Shown: positions 38,669-48,829 of the stretch, piece after piece | How the letters are laid out: each line of letters begins with the position of its first letter | How positions within the stretch are numbered: the first letter of the stretch is position 1 | NCBI GenBank assembly: GCA_964636285.1 | Contig: CAZWQF010000002.1 | Location: forward strand, 73,669-137,668 | Length of the DNA: 64,000 nucleotides | Source: an uncultured Candidatus Saccharibacteria bacterium | Lineage (GTDB): Bacteria; Patescibacteriota; WWE3; UBA101185; 2-01-FULL-41-18 | Reading direction: 5' to 3' | Translations under genes and position numbers: made by a program | The notes under the pieces: model-generated | Databases searched by the model: none | What the model was told of the DNA's origin: nothing | Seen by the model: the letters and a program-made list of their open reading frames with translations, nothing else

Positions 38669-40021
38669 TCAGGATACAGAAGTACCGGTAAGCTCCTTTT
38701 TTCTGAGTAGGTGGTGATACCGCCTAGCAAACCTGTGTGCCTCATCTCTTAGTGCCATAAGGTGCTTTAACCCTTCGTTTTCAAAAGGTAAAGTAACCTC
38801 ATGAAACTGCTCATTTTGAAAATAAACTATGGTTTCAAATCTTTTTGCTAATCCTATTACAGGAATATCAAGCAGTGATAACCCTAATACCTTTATTGCC
38901 ACAGAAAGCTGGCCTTTTCCTCCATCTATCACAAGTAGGTCAGGAAGACCCCAGGATTCTTTGTCTTTTGTTCTGCTAAATCTCCTTGTAAGAGCTTCAC
39001 GAATCATCCAAAAGTCGTCAGGTGTGTCCTTAGTTTTTATCCTAAAATGTTTGAACTGCTTATTTGTGATCTTTCCCCCAATCGATACAACCATAGATGC
39101 CGTTGCTGCTTTACCCGAAAGATTTGCTATATCAAAGCACTCAATTCTTTCAGGTATGGTGGAGAGCACAGGAATATTCTTCTTTAACTCCTCCAAAGCC
39201 TCAGACCTTATATCTTCAATTAGATTAGGGTTTGCAATATAAGATTCCGAGCCCTTGAATCGCTGAGATACATACTCATATTTTTTAACAAGGTCTCTGT
39301 AGTATGCGGCAAGCTCAAAATTCTCATTTTTGGAATTTTTCATCATTAGATTTTTATAGTTTTTTACAAACTGCGACCCTTTACCCTTGAGGATTACGGC
39401 TAGTGATCTAATGTTTTTTTGGTACTCATGTTCGGAAATTCGTGAAATACATGGCGCTGGACAGAGACCTATGTGGCCATATAAACATGGGGATCCTAGT
39501 TTTTTGTACTTTTCAAATTTGGATGATGTGCAGTCCCTAAAAGGTACAATTCTTCGTAAACTCCTAATCACGTCTTTAACTGTGGTGCTATCTGGGAATG
39601 GACCAAAAATTTGAGCGTCTTTGGAAGAAAGGGCTTTTACGTCAGTGATTCTACCCTGCTCAAGAACCGCAAATTTGCCAGATGAGGTTGAAGCGTTATT
39701 AATGATTATGTACTTATAGGATTTATCATCTTTTAAGTTGATATTAAACTTTGGCTTATACCTTTTAATGAGGTCTGCCTCCAAAATAAGTGCTTCAAGC
39801 TCGCTTTGTACTTCTATGTAACTCATGTCCTCTATATTTTCCACAAGGTTTTTTGTCTTAGTTCCCAGCTCAATGTTTTTTATAAAGTAAGAACCAACTC
39901 TGTCTCTCAATGACTTTGCCTTCCCAACATAAATTATCTTTTTATTTTGATCTTTGTATAAGTAAACTCCCGGGACTTTTGGAAGGGATTTTACTTTGTC
40001 CATAAGCATTGCTGACGCCAT
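38669..40021 (-). CDS. uvrC: Excinuclease ABC subunit C, short form without the C-terminal HhH domain
   Basis: GIY-YIG (PGVY..IYVGKA), ECFDIAN, IDGGKGQ, RDEAHRFA. Confidence 0.93.
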   Translation of the reverse strand: MASAMLMDKVKSLPKVPGVYLYKDQNKKIIYVGKAKSLRDRVGSYFIKNIELGTKTKNLVENIEDMSYIEVQSELEALILEADLIKRYKPKFNINLKDDKSYKYIIINNASTSSGKFAVLEQGRITDVKALSSKDAQIFGPFPDSTTVKDVIRSLRRIVPFRDCTSSKFEKYKKLGSPCLYGHIGLCPAPCISRISEHEYQKNIRSLAVILKGKGSQFVKNYKNLMMKNSKNENFELAAYYRDLVKKYEYVSQRFKGSESYIANPNLIEDIRSEALEELKKNIPVLSTIPERIECFDIANLSGKAATASMVVSIGGKITNKQFKHFRIKTKDTPDDFWMIREALTRRFSRTKDKESWGLPDLLVIDGGKGQLSVAIKVLGLSLLDIPVIGLAKRFETIVYFQNEQFHEVTLPFENEGLKHLMALRDEAHRFARRYHHLLRKKELTGTSVS

Positions 40022-40062
40022 AAGGGTATTGTATCATTAGCAAAGTCCTCTTTATTAAGAGT

Positions 40063-41922
40063 GTGCCCACCATGAAAAAAGCATTCAATTGGATTTTCCT
40101 TTTCATATTCTTTGCTCGAATAAATCACACAGCACATGCTTTTGACTTCACAACGTCATATAAAGTAGATTACAAAATTAATAAGGACCTTGAAGCAACA
40201 ATTAAACAAAACCTTACTATAAGAAACCTATCAAATAACATCTTCCCAACCGAATATAATTTTAAAATTAATACAATCAAGATCTTTGATGTTGAGGCTT
40301 ATGAAGGCTCGGATAAGCTTAAAACGGATGTTTCAGATGAAAACGGCTCTACAAAAATCAATGTAAACTTTAAAAACGAAGTAATAGGGGAAGGAAAAGA
40401 CTATGACTGGGATTTAATATACAAAACCAAGGATATTGCATCAAGAAATGGCTCGATTACAGACATAATCATTCCAAAATTTTCAGTTCCAGATAATATT
40501 TCATCTTACGAGGTTAGGCTAATAGTCCCAAAGGAGTTTGGTCAGGTCACATACATTAGCCCCAAACCAGCTACCAGCTCAGAGGATAAAGAAAACATCG
40601 TCTATCAATTCTCACTGGATCAAATTAAAAATTCGCCAATAAGTGCGTCCTTTGGCAGTTTTCAGACATTTAATTACAAGCTTTCCTATTCGTTACAAAA
40701 CAACAGCTTCTTTTCAACCGAAAAGTCAATTGCAATACCTCCAGACATTCAAGGCAAGCAACAAATTCAGCAAACATCTTTTTCTGTAGAGCCTACAAGA
40801 GTACAAATAGACGATGACGGAAATTACATTGCCTTCTTTAAAGTTCCAGCAAAAACTAGCCTCACGGTAGAGATTCTTGGTAGAGCCAAAGTAACTAACA
40901 AACCAATTGATATATCAAAGGGAGGTAAGGTTTCAGAGATCCCAACTGCAATTTTACTTGAATATACAAAAAGCCAAAAATACTGGGAAACAAACAACAG
41001 CTCAATAAAGGCGCAAGCAGACAAACTTAAAGACCAAAGTGGACTCGTTATTCCTCAGACAAAAAAAGTATATGAATTTGTTATAGAAACACTTAAATAT
41101 AAAAACGAAAAAAACCTCAATAATACGGTTTCACGATTAGGTGCAAAAAAAGCATTGGAAAACCCTAACGAAGCAATATGCATGGAGTATGTTGACTTGT
41201 TCATTGCGTTAGCAAGAAGCTTAGGAATTCCAGCAAGAGAAGTGAACGGGTATGCATACAGTAATAGCAACCCATTCAAACCGATTTCGGTTAATTTGAA
41301 GGGTGGAGATGTTCTTCATGCTTGGGCAGAATTTTATGACCCCAAACTTGGCTGGATTCAAGTAGATCCAACTTGGGGATCTACTTCAAAGCAGGATTAT
41401 TTCACCAAACTGGACACAAACCACCTAGCTTTTGTAATAAAGGGGATCTCCTCTGAATACCCACTTCCTGCAGGTGCTTACAAAGATGCTTCAAAAGAAA
41501 ACAGACAAGTTGATGTAGCTTTTACAGAAAATGAAACTAAGCCTGTGGAACAAACAGTTGAAATAAAAGCATACAAATCAAATGGCTTTAGTCCTACAAA
41601 TATGTTTTCAAAGAAAGTTTCTGCATTAGTATTTAACAACGGAAGCACCGCAATATTTAACGTTGAGTCAACACAAAGAGCAGTTCCTCCCAAAGGCATT
41701 ATCAAAGTAGATCTTACCGAGTCAAATGGAAAAGTTCAGGTAATGTTTGAAGACTTTTCCGGCAATAAAACTGTTAAAGAGGTTACTCTTGATAAGCTAC
41801 CCCAAAGTTTGAGACCAGTAACCACTACTTACTACTTATTTTTTCCAGCTCTTCTTTTAGCACCTGTGCTGTGTATGATTTTGTACTTTTTAGTAATTCG
41901 GAAACGGAACCCTCAAAAATAA
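40063..41922 (+). CDS. Secreted, C-terminally anchored transglutaminase-like protein
   Basis: Signal peptide; C-H-D triad (ICMEY, HAWAE, VDPTW); C-terminal TM plus RKR. Confidence 0.85.
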   Translation: MPTMKKAFNWIFLFIFFARINHTAHAFDFTTSYKVDYKINKDLEATIKQNLTIRNLSNNIFPTEYNFKINTIKIFDVEAYEGSDKLKTDVSDENGSTKINVNFKNEVIGEGKDYDWDLIYKTKDIASRNGSITDIIIPKFSVPDNISSYEVRLIVPKEFGQVTYISPKPATSSEDKENIVYQFSLDQIKNSPISASFGSFQTFNYKLSYSLQNNSFFSTEKSIAIPPDIQGKQQIQQTSFSVEPTRVQIDDDGNYIAFFKVPAKTSLTVEILGRAKVTNKPIDISKGGKVSEIPTAILLEYTKSQKYWETNNSSIKAQADKLKDQSGLVIPQTKKVYEFVIETLKYKNEKNLNNTVSRLGAKKALENPNEAICMEYVDLFIALARSLGIPAREVNGYAYSNSNPFKPISVNLKGGDVLHAWAEFYDPKLGWIQVDPTWGSTSKQDYFTKLDTNHLAFVIKGISSEYPLPAGAYKDASKENRQVDVAFTENETKPVEQTVEIKAYKSNGFSPTNMFSKKVSALVFNNGSTAIFNVESTQRAVPPKGIIKVDLTESNGKVQVMFEDFSGNKTVKEVTLDKLPQSLRPVTTTYYLFFPALLLAPVLCMILYFLVIRKRNPQK

Positions 41923-44782
41923 GTTCCCCTCCTTTGTCACCACCTTCGGGCCCAAGATCAATTACGTAATCTGCATTTCTGATTACATCAAGGTTATGCT
42001 CTATTACTACAACAGTATTGCCTTTTCCAACAAGCCTCTTAAGAATTGCGATCAACCTTTCAAGATCTGAAAAATGTAAACCTGTTGTTGGCTCATCCAA
42101 AATATATAGGGTCCTTCCAGTAGATCTCTTTGATAGTTCTGTAGCTAGCTTAACTCGTTGAGCTTCCCCTCCAGATAATGTAGGGGCGGGCTGACCAAGT
42201 CTTAAGTATGAAAGGCCAACATCGTAAAGAGTTTCTAGTTTATTTCTGATTTGAGTATTTGCCGCAAAAAAAGTAAGTGCCTCCTCAATAGTCATATTGA
42301 GAACATCGCTTATATTTTTTCCTTTAAAGTAAATCTCTAGCGCTTCTCTATTGTATCTTTTTCCTTCGCAGACTTCACAGTTTACATAGACATCTGGCAT
42401 AAACTGCATTTCAATTTTTATCTGCCCTTCGCCACCACAAGCTTCACATCTTCCACCTTTAACGTTAAAACTAAACCTTCCTTGATTGTAACCTCTTAGC
42501 TTTGCTTCAGTGGTTTGGGCAAACAAATCCCTGATAAAATCAAAGGTCTTTGTATATGTTGCAGCATTAGATTTTGGAGTCCTACCAATTGGAGACTGAT
42601 CTATGTCAATCACACTATCAAGGTGCTCAAAACCAAGAATGCCCGCACATGGGGAAGGTTTTTCTTCATTCTTAAGTCCATATTCCTGCCTAAGGGATCT
42701 TAAAAGAGTTTCATTAATGAGAGTTGATTTTCCAGATCCAGAAACACCTGTTATACAGACCAGTTTTCCAAGAGGAATTGATACATTTATTTTTTTAAGA
42801 TTGTGCCCAGATGCACCTATAATCTTAAGCTGTTTAGAACCTGAGTCATCCCTAGTCCCGTCACTATATTTAAATCTCAAATCACTTTTTAGAGATAAAT
42901 CCTCTGATCCAACAATCTTTTTCCCAGATAAATATTTTCCAGTTATAGACTTTGGATCCTTCATAACTTCCGTAGGTGTACCAGCAGAAATGACTTTACC
43001 TCCGTGCTCTCCAGCACCAGGTCCAAAATCTACAATATAATCAGATGAAAGCATGGTCTCCATGTCGTGCTCAACTACAACCACAGTGTTTCCTAAGTCT
43101 CTTAGATGTTTGAGGGTATCAATAAGCTTATTTTGATCCCTTTGGTGCAGCCCAATTGAAGGCTCATCAAGAACATAAAGAACTCCTGATAACCCCGAGC
43201 CAATCTGAGATGCCAACCTAATTCTCTGAGCTTCGCCACCTGCAAGTGTTGCCGATGCCCTATCCACAGTCAAATAGTCCAAACCAACGTCTATCAAAAA
43301 CTTAAGCCTTGAGAGAATTTCTTTTATGATTGGCTTTGCGATTGTTGATTCTTTTTCAGAAAGAATTTTGTTCTTTACTAGGCTGTTAATCCATGCAAAA
43401 GAATCTCCAATTGAAAATGAGGACACTTGAGAAATACTTAGCTTGTCTATTGAAATCGAAAGGGCCTCGCTCTTAAGCCTACAACCCTTACAAAGCGGAC
43501 AAGGTTCTTTTACCATGTATTTTTCAATTTCATTTCTCACATAGTCAGATGAAGTTTCCTTGTAACGCCTTTCCAAATTTGGAATTACCCCTTCGTACCT
43601 TGCATTAAAAATCCCATCTCTTCCTTTAACCTTAAAAACTTTTTCTTCAACCCCGTACATCAAGATGTTTCTGGCTTCTTTAGATAGATCTTTTATCGGA
43701 ATGTTTAGATCGAATTTGTATTCGGAAGCAACTGCCTCAACCACTTTTAACATCCAAGAAGAGTGCTCAAACATTTTTGACCAAGGAAAAACCCCACCCT
43801 CCATTACCGACAGGTTTGGATTTATAACAACATTAGGATCTACTTTAAGTTGTGTTCCTAATCCATCACAATCAGGGCAAGCGCCATGAGGAGAGTTAAA
43901 TGAAAAGTTTCTAGGTTCAATCTCTGGAAACGAAATACCGCACGAAGGGCATGCAAATTTTTCTGAATAAAGCTTATCTTCAAACTCTTTAGGAAATTCC
44001 GGAAAATCAAATGACGAATCTTTGACCTCAGCAACAACAATGTTTCCATTTCCAAACTTAAGACCTGCCTCAACTGAAGTATATAGTCTTGTGAACAAAT
44101 CTTTTTTTACCTGTTCATCTTTAAGTTTATCTTTTGTAATCACAACTCTATCCACCACCAACTCTATAGTATGTTTATTTGTTTTAATAAGATCAAAGTC
44201 ACCTGAGAGTTTTTTTACAGCGCCATCAATTCTGGCATAGGTATAACCTTGCTTTCTAAGGTTTTCAAAAAGTGATGAGTATTCTCCTTTTCTATCCTTA
44301 ACTACCGGTGCTAACAACAGGTACCTTGTACCTTTTGGAGCAGGCTTTTCGTTTAGTATGTGCTCTACAATTTGCTGAGATGACTGTTGACTAATCTCTC
44401 TTCCGCACTGAGGGCAATGGGGATGCCCAACTCTAGCAAATAGAAGTCTTAAATAATCATAGATTTCAGTGACCGTTCCAACTGTTGACCTTGGATTATG
44501 AGATGTAGTTTTTTGATCTATAGCTATTGCCGGAGAAAGACCTTCAATATATTCAACATCAGGTTTATCCATTACTCCTAGAAACTGCCGTGCATAAGCC
44601 GAAAGGCTCTCAACGTACCTTCTTTGACCTTCAGCATAAATGGTATCCATTGCCATAGAGGATTTACCGGACCCAGATACACCGGTAAATACTACGAATT
44701 TATTCTTTGGGATCTCAAGATCAACATTTTTGAGGTTATGCTGCTTTGCACCCTTTATGACAATTTTGTCGTGGACGGTCAT
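41825..44782 (-). CDS. uvrA: Excinuclease ABC subunit A
   Basis: Two GVSGSGKS Walker A motifs, Zn fingers, L(A/S)GGEAQR. Confidence 0.98.
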   Translation of the reverse strand: MTVHDKIVIKGAKQHNLKNVDLEIPKNKFVVFTGVSGSGKSSMAMDTIYAEGQRRYVESLSAYARQFLGVMDKPDVEYIEGLSPAIAIDQKTTSHNPRSTVGTVTEIYDYLRLLFARVGHPHCPQCGREISQQSSQQIVEHILNEKPAPKGTRYLLLAPVVKDRKGEYSSLFENLRKQGYTYARIDGAVKKLSGDFDLIKTNKHTIELVVDRVVITKDKLKDEQVKKDLFTRLYTSVEAGLKFGNGNIVVAEVKDSSFDFPEFPKEFEDKLYSEKFACPSCGISFPEIEPRNFSFNSPHGACPDCDGLGTQLKVDPNVVINPNLSVMEGGVFPWSKMFEHSSWMLKVVEAVASEYKFDLNIPIKDLSKEARNILMYGVEEKVFKVKGRDGIFNARYEGVIPNLERRYKETSSDYVRNEIEKYMVKEPCPLCKGCRLKSEALSISIDKLSISQVSSFSIGDSFAWINSLVKNKILSEKESTIAKPIIKEILSRLKFLIDVGLDYLTVDRASATLAGGEAQRIRLASQIGSGLSGVLYVLDEPSIGLHQRDQNKLIDTLKHLRDLGNTVVVVEHDMETMLSSDYIVDFGPGAGEHGGKVISAGTPTEVMKDPKSITGKYLSGKKIVGSEDLSLKSDLRFKYSDGTRDDSGSKQLKIIGASGHNLKKINVSIPLGKLVCITGVSGSGKSTLINETLLRSLRQEYGLKNEEKPSPCAGILGFEHLDSVIDIDQSPIGRTPKSNAATYTKTFDFIRDLFAQTTEAKLRGYNQGRFSFNVKGGRCEACGGEGQIKIEMQFMPDVYVNCEVCEGKRYNREALEIYFKGKNISDVLNMTIEEALTFFAANTQIRNKLETLYDVGLSYLRLGQPAPTLSGGEAQRVKLATELSKRSTGRTLYILDEPTTGLHFSDLERLIAILKRLVGKGNTVVVIEHNLDVIRNADYVIDLGPEGGDKGGELIFEGSVSELLKSTKSYTAQVLKEELEKISSK

Positions 44783-44792
44783 AGACCATAGG

Positions 44793-44812
44793 ATTATACG
44801 GTATTTCTTCGG
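44793..44812 (-). promoter_or_regulatory. uvrA -10 box with candidate LexA direct-repeat box TACGG-N6-TTCGG
   Basis: TATAAT on the minus strand at 44793-44798; repeat at 44797-44812. Confidence 0.6.
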
Positions 44813-44824
44813 TTATTGTAAAGA

Positions 44825-45577
44825 CTACTTACCGCTAAAAAAAGAGACAAAGTCATTAAGATTGAATCTACCTTTTTTGGATGCCCCTTGCTCGGACGAG
44901 AACCTAACAATTTCCGATTTTAGAGGGAGCTTGTTCTCCAAAAGCCTACCAATGTACTCAACCATTGCAATTGCGTCATCATAGTTTGTCTTCTTTGGAG
45001 CTAAGACTCCAAGGTAACCTGATTTCAAATATTCCCCATCGCTTAAATAGAAATACCTACTGATTAGGACACTCTCATCACTGAGGTCTTTCATCTCCTC
45101 ACTATTGTATTTAATAACTAGCGGATTAAGTGAAAAATCACTTTCTATTACAGATAGAAGATCTTCAGGTCTATCTAGCATGTTGAGCAGTCTTTTTAAA
45201 TCCCTTGCATCATGGTAGGGCTTGTGGTCTAGCAAATTACTAATACCGTGAAGGTAGTAACTCCTATCGTGTGTTACTACAAAACCTGCAGACTTTGGAA
45301 ATACTCCAAGAAGCCTTACAACTTTTGAAAAAAGTACGTCCAGGTCATTTGAGCCTCCCAATGCTGAGTCAATCTTAAGTTGAGTAACAAGTGGAAGCTT
45401 AGCCTTTCCTACAACAAACTTATCAAGGTACTGCTTTAAACTCCTTGCCGTAGGAATACCAGATATATTCATATACCCATGTTCGATGAGTAATCTTTTA
45501 TCTTCTGAACTTAGTACAAGTTCTGTATTTGATAGAAAGCTAAGTACGAGTGCTTCTACTTGTTTAGTTAGATTCAT
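44825..45577 (-). CDS. Divergent HrcA-like protein
   Basis: SGIPTARSLKQYLD resembles HrcA GR.PT..GYR.YVD; GYLGVLAPKKTNY resembles G.IGIIGP.RM.Y; start ATG 45577. Confidence 0.6.
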   Translation of the reverse strand: MNLTKQVEALVLSFLSNTELVLSSEDKRLLIEHGYMNISGIPTARSLKQYLDKFVVGKAKLPLVTQLKIDSALGGSNDLDVLFSKVVRLLGVFPKSAGFVVTHDRSYYLHGISNLLDHKPYHDARDLKRLLNMLDRPEDLLSVIESDFSLNPLVIKYNSEEMKDLSDESVLISRYFYLSDGEYLKSGYLGVLAPKKTNYDDAIAMVEYIGRLLENKLPLKSEIVRFSSEQGASKKGRFNLNDFVSFFSGK

Positions 45578-45617
45578 AATTTTTAAATGGGCAGGATTTT
45601 TTTGGCAGGAAAGTAAC

Positions 45618-45902
45618 TTACTTTGAAGATGTATTTGGCAGAGTGTCCACTGGACCTCCTGTACCAAGGGATTTTCCGTTTTCGTCTTTATTCTCAGTAT
45701 CCTGGTTCAAGTTTCCTCCGTTTGCGTCTAGCTTAATCTGGTCAAGATTATCTGGGTTTGCGGATCCATTGATAGATGTTCCGCTAAAAAACCTAAGCGA
45801 ACCCCAAACTAATAAAGCAAGAAGTGCTACTCCAGCGAGTAAGTTTGCCCAGTTAGCTTTAGAGTTAAAATTTTGTATATCTTTCATTAAATTATCAAAC
45901 AC
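45618..45902 (-). CDS. Small N-anchored membrane protein ending in LPNTSSK
   Basis: GGGGTGA SD before GTG; one TM; polar tail. Confidence 0.7.
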   Translation of the reverse strand: MFDNLMKDIQNFNSKANWANLLAGVALLALLVWGSLRFFSGTSINGSANPDNLDQIKLDANGGNLNQDTENKDENGKSLGTGGPVDTLPNTSSK

Positions 45903-45923
45903 TTAGATTTCACCCCCTCTCAT

Positions 45924-48224
45924 TTAATCGTTTTCTTTATCTTTTTTGTCCTTATCGTCATCCTGCTTGTCGCATTCAGTCGTTTTAGGTTCAGTGCCCC
46001 TAATATACACTTCTTTCCTTCCTTTGCAATACTGCTTAACAACAATGTTATTAGGCACTGCAAACTCTTCATTCTGACTCCCGTTAAGTAAGAATGACAT
46101 TATTTTATTCCATGCAGGGGCAGCGCCTGTCAAACCCGAGGCTAAATTCTGGTTCATTGGTGCGTTGTTGTTATTCCCTACCCACACACCTACCACATAC
46201 GAAGGGGTGTAACCAACAGTATAATTATCTCTCTTTAAATCGGTCGTTCCGGTCTTTACCGCCACCGAATGCCCTGACACCTGAAGTAAATTGTTATATC
46301 CAAAAGCAGGAGTTCTTGCTAAGTTATCAGATAAAATATTTGCGATTATATACGAAGCATCCTCCGCAAGCACGCGAGTTTTATTTAGTGAGTACCTATA
46401 AACTTCTCTTCCTTTACTGTCTCTTATAAAAAGTACAGGCTTAGTTTCTGTGAACTCACCCATCCTGGCTAGAGTTCCGTACACATTAGTTAAATCAAGC
46501 AGTCTTGTTTCCTTACCCCCAAGAGTGATTGATAGTCCATAATTGCCATCCGCTTCCCAATTTTTAAGTCCCATGCTTTTTCCAAGATTTACCATGTCAT
46601 CAATATTCATTGCTCTAAGAAGTGAAACTGCAGGGATGTTATACGAGTTAGCCAAAGCCTGTCTTAGTGTTACTTTTCCGTGAAATTTACCGTCATAGTT
46701 CACAGGCTTATAGACCTCTCCATTATTCCCAGTATTTATTGCTAATGGCTTATCATCAATTAAGGAGCTTGCTTTAAATCCTTTTGTAAGTGCTAATGCA
46801 TATGTAACAGGTTTAATTGAGGAACCAGGTTGCCTTGGGGCAACAGATACATTAAATTTTCCGTCGTTTGCAGTATCAAAATAATCAACCGATCCAACCA
46901 TTGCCAAGATCTCTCCAGTTCTTGGATCAAGAACAACAGCAGCACCGTTAGATATATTTAAGTTCTTGTTTTCTTCCACCTGAGATTTAACCACTTCTTG
47001 GGCTTTGTCCTGAACTTCTAGATCAAGTGAAGTTACAATTGTTAACCCTCCAAAGTTAACAAAATGTTTTCCAAGCTCTTTCTCAAGTTCGCTTCTAACA
47101 TAATCTACAAAATGAGGAGCTCTGATGTACTCCCTTTGATCAACAAATGTGAGGGGAGTTGAAAAAGCCAAATCTGCCTCATCCTTTGTTATGTACTTGA
47201 GGTCCACCATTCTATTCAGAACAACTCTTTGCCTATCCTTTGCCAAGTTCAGTGAGCTAAAAGGTGAATAGACGCTTGGTGCAGTAGGAAGCCCTGCCAA
47301 AAGACTGGCTTCACTTAAATTTAAGTCTTTTGCAGATTTACCAAAAAATTTATTGGATGCTGTTTCAATTCCAACCATATTTCCGCCATACGGTGCATTA
47401 TTCAAATACATCTCAAGTATTTCATCCTTTGTGTAGTGGAGCTCCGTAGCAACTGACAAGACCAACTCTTTAATCTTTCTAGTCATTGTTTGCTCTGGGG
47501 ATAATAATGACATTTTCACAAGCTGCTGGGTTATTGTAGAGCCGCCTTGAATATTATCTTTGACCAATGTTTGATAAGCAGCTCTTATAATCCCTGATAT
47601 TTGAAAGCCATAGTGTGAATAAAACCCATCATCCTCAATTGCCAATGTTGCTTTCACAAGTGTTGGTGAGATTTTACTTAAACTAACGGGTTCTGAAATT
47701 TTCTCTGGGCAAATTTCGTAGAGCAAAACTTGTTTTCTATCTACAATTTTGGTACACCTATAGACTGCATCCGCTAATAACGAAGGGTCTGGCAGCTGCC
47801 TGTACCAAGATAAGAACATCGCGGGAATAAATATTAACATTGCCGAAAAAATAGTCCCAAGTGCAAACCAGGATATTTTATGAGCAAAAAAAGGATTTGC
47901 TTTTTTCTTAGCAGGTCTTCCACGTTTTTTTGTTTTAATGTGATTTAGTTTTGAAAATAAAAATTTAAGCTTATTAGTATTTCTTGTGACAAAATCTTTT
48001 ACTTTGTTTATTACAGGAACTTTCAAAAAAAATAAGCTGACATGTTTGTTTAAAAAGTATGTTGAAATCGAGAATAGTTTATGTCCCCTTATTACATCTG
48101 CCACCTGAGCAAAAAACTTTGGTGCTGCAAGTGCAACTTCTCCCCACCAAACAATAAAATCAAGGGTAAATTTAACCAAAATGCTTTCATTCTTTTGATG
48201 CTTTCTAGATGATTTTTTCGGCAT
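45924..48224 (-). CDS. Class A penicillin-binding protein (PBP1A family)
   Basis: EDDGF..H.G, GGSTITQQ, RKIKE; SSIK, SYN, KTGT; start ATG 48224 preferred. Confidence 0.93.
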   Translation of the reverse strand: MPKKSSRKHQKNESILVKFTLDFIVWWGEVALAAPKFFAQVADVIRGHKLFSISTYFLNKHVSLFFLKVPVINKVKDFVTRNTNKLKFLFSKLNHIKTKKRGRPAKKKANPFFAHKISWFALGTIFSAMLIFIPAMFLSWYRQLPDPSLLADAVYRCTKIVDRKQVLLYEICPEKISEPVSLSKISPTLVKATLAIEDDGFYSHYGFQISGIIRAAYQTLVKDNIQGGSTITQQLVKMSLLSPEQTMTRKIKELVLSVATELHYTKDEILEMYLNNAPYGGNMVGIETASNKFFGKSAKDLNLSEASLLAGLPTAPSVYSPFSSLNLAKDRQRVVLNRMVDLKYITKDEADLAFSTPLTFVDQREYIRAPHFVDYVRSELEKELGKHFVNFGGLTIVTSLDLEVQDKAQEVVKSQVEENKNLNISNGAAVVLDPRTGEILAMVGSVDYFDTANDGKFNVSVAPRQPGSSIKPVTYALALTKGFKASSLIDDKPLAINTGNNGEVYKPVNYDGKFHGKVTLRQALANSYNIPAVSLLRAMNIDDMVNLGKSMGLKNWEADGNYGLSITLGGKETRLLDLTNVYGTLARMGEFTETKPVLFIRDSKGREVYRYSLNKTRVLAEDASYIIANILSDNLARTPAFGYNNLLQVSGHSVAVKTGTTDLKRDNYTVGYTPSYVVGVWVGNNNNAPMNQNLASGLTGAAPAWNKIMSFLLNGSQNEEFAVPNNIVVKQYCKGRKEVYIRGTEPKTTECDKQDDDKDKKDKEND

Positions 48225-48762
48225 TATGGTTTCCTTTCTCTCTTGCAACAATAACCACTCTCTTCTCGTCATCTTCTCCATAGCATGTTAGTAATATCAA
48301 ACTCTTACCAAAATTTCTGTTAAGAAAACTAACATCCTTAGGATCTACATAAAATCTCCTAGAAACTTCAAACTGGTACCATATATCAGAGGATCTGGCC
48401 AAAATTAGATCCCCTGCCTTGAGTTTATCTATTCCTTTGAAAAGTCCAGATTTTGCATGTGCAAAAATAACAGTGTTTCCTGTAGCCATATTCAGTGGAG
48501 CCGAACCTATACCAAACGAAGCAGAATCATTAAATGTTTGCCAGGTTCCAGCTACAACTTCTGTTGGCCTAACAGGCAATTCAATTGTTAATGAAGGGAT
48601 ATAAATTTTATCTGGTCTGGAATCTTTAACTTGAAGATTTTGAGACAAAATACCATAAGGCACATCTCTAACCTGTGTTTTTGAAGCAACCTCAGGTTGT
48701 TTAAGAACGCTCGTATTTATAAAATAAGCAAGAGCTAACGCTCCCTTTAAAAAAATCTCCAT
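48205..48762 (-). CDS. Sortase
   Basis: IFAH, LLTC, downstream Arg (EKRVV); IPSL.I..P. Confidence 0.85.
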   Translation of the reverse strand: MEIFLKGALALAYFINTSVLKQPEVASKTQVRDVPYGILSQNLQVKDSRPDKIYIPSLTIELPVRPTEVVAGTWQTFNDSASFGIGSAPLNMATGNTVIFAHAKSGLFKGIDKLKAGDLILARSSDIWYQFEVSRRFYVDPKDVSFLNRNFGKSLILLTCYGEDDEKRVVIVAREKGNHNAEKII

Positions 48763-48829
48763 ATAGCACTAACTGAGCGCACCGCTCCATGACAACTAAT
48801 CTCAGTTCCCGTAACGGGAAACTATAGAC

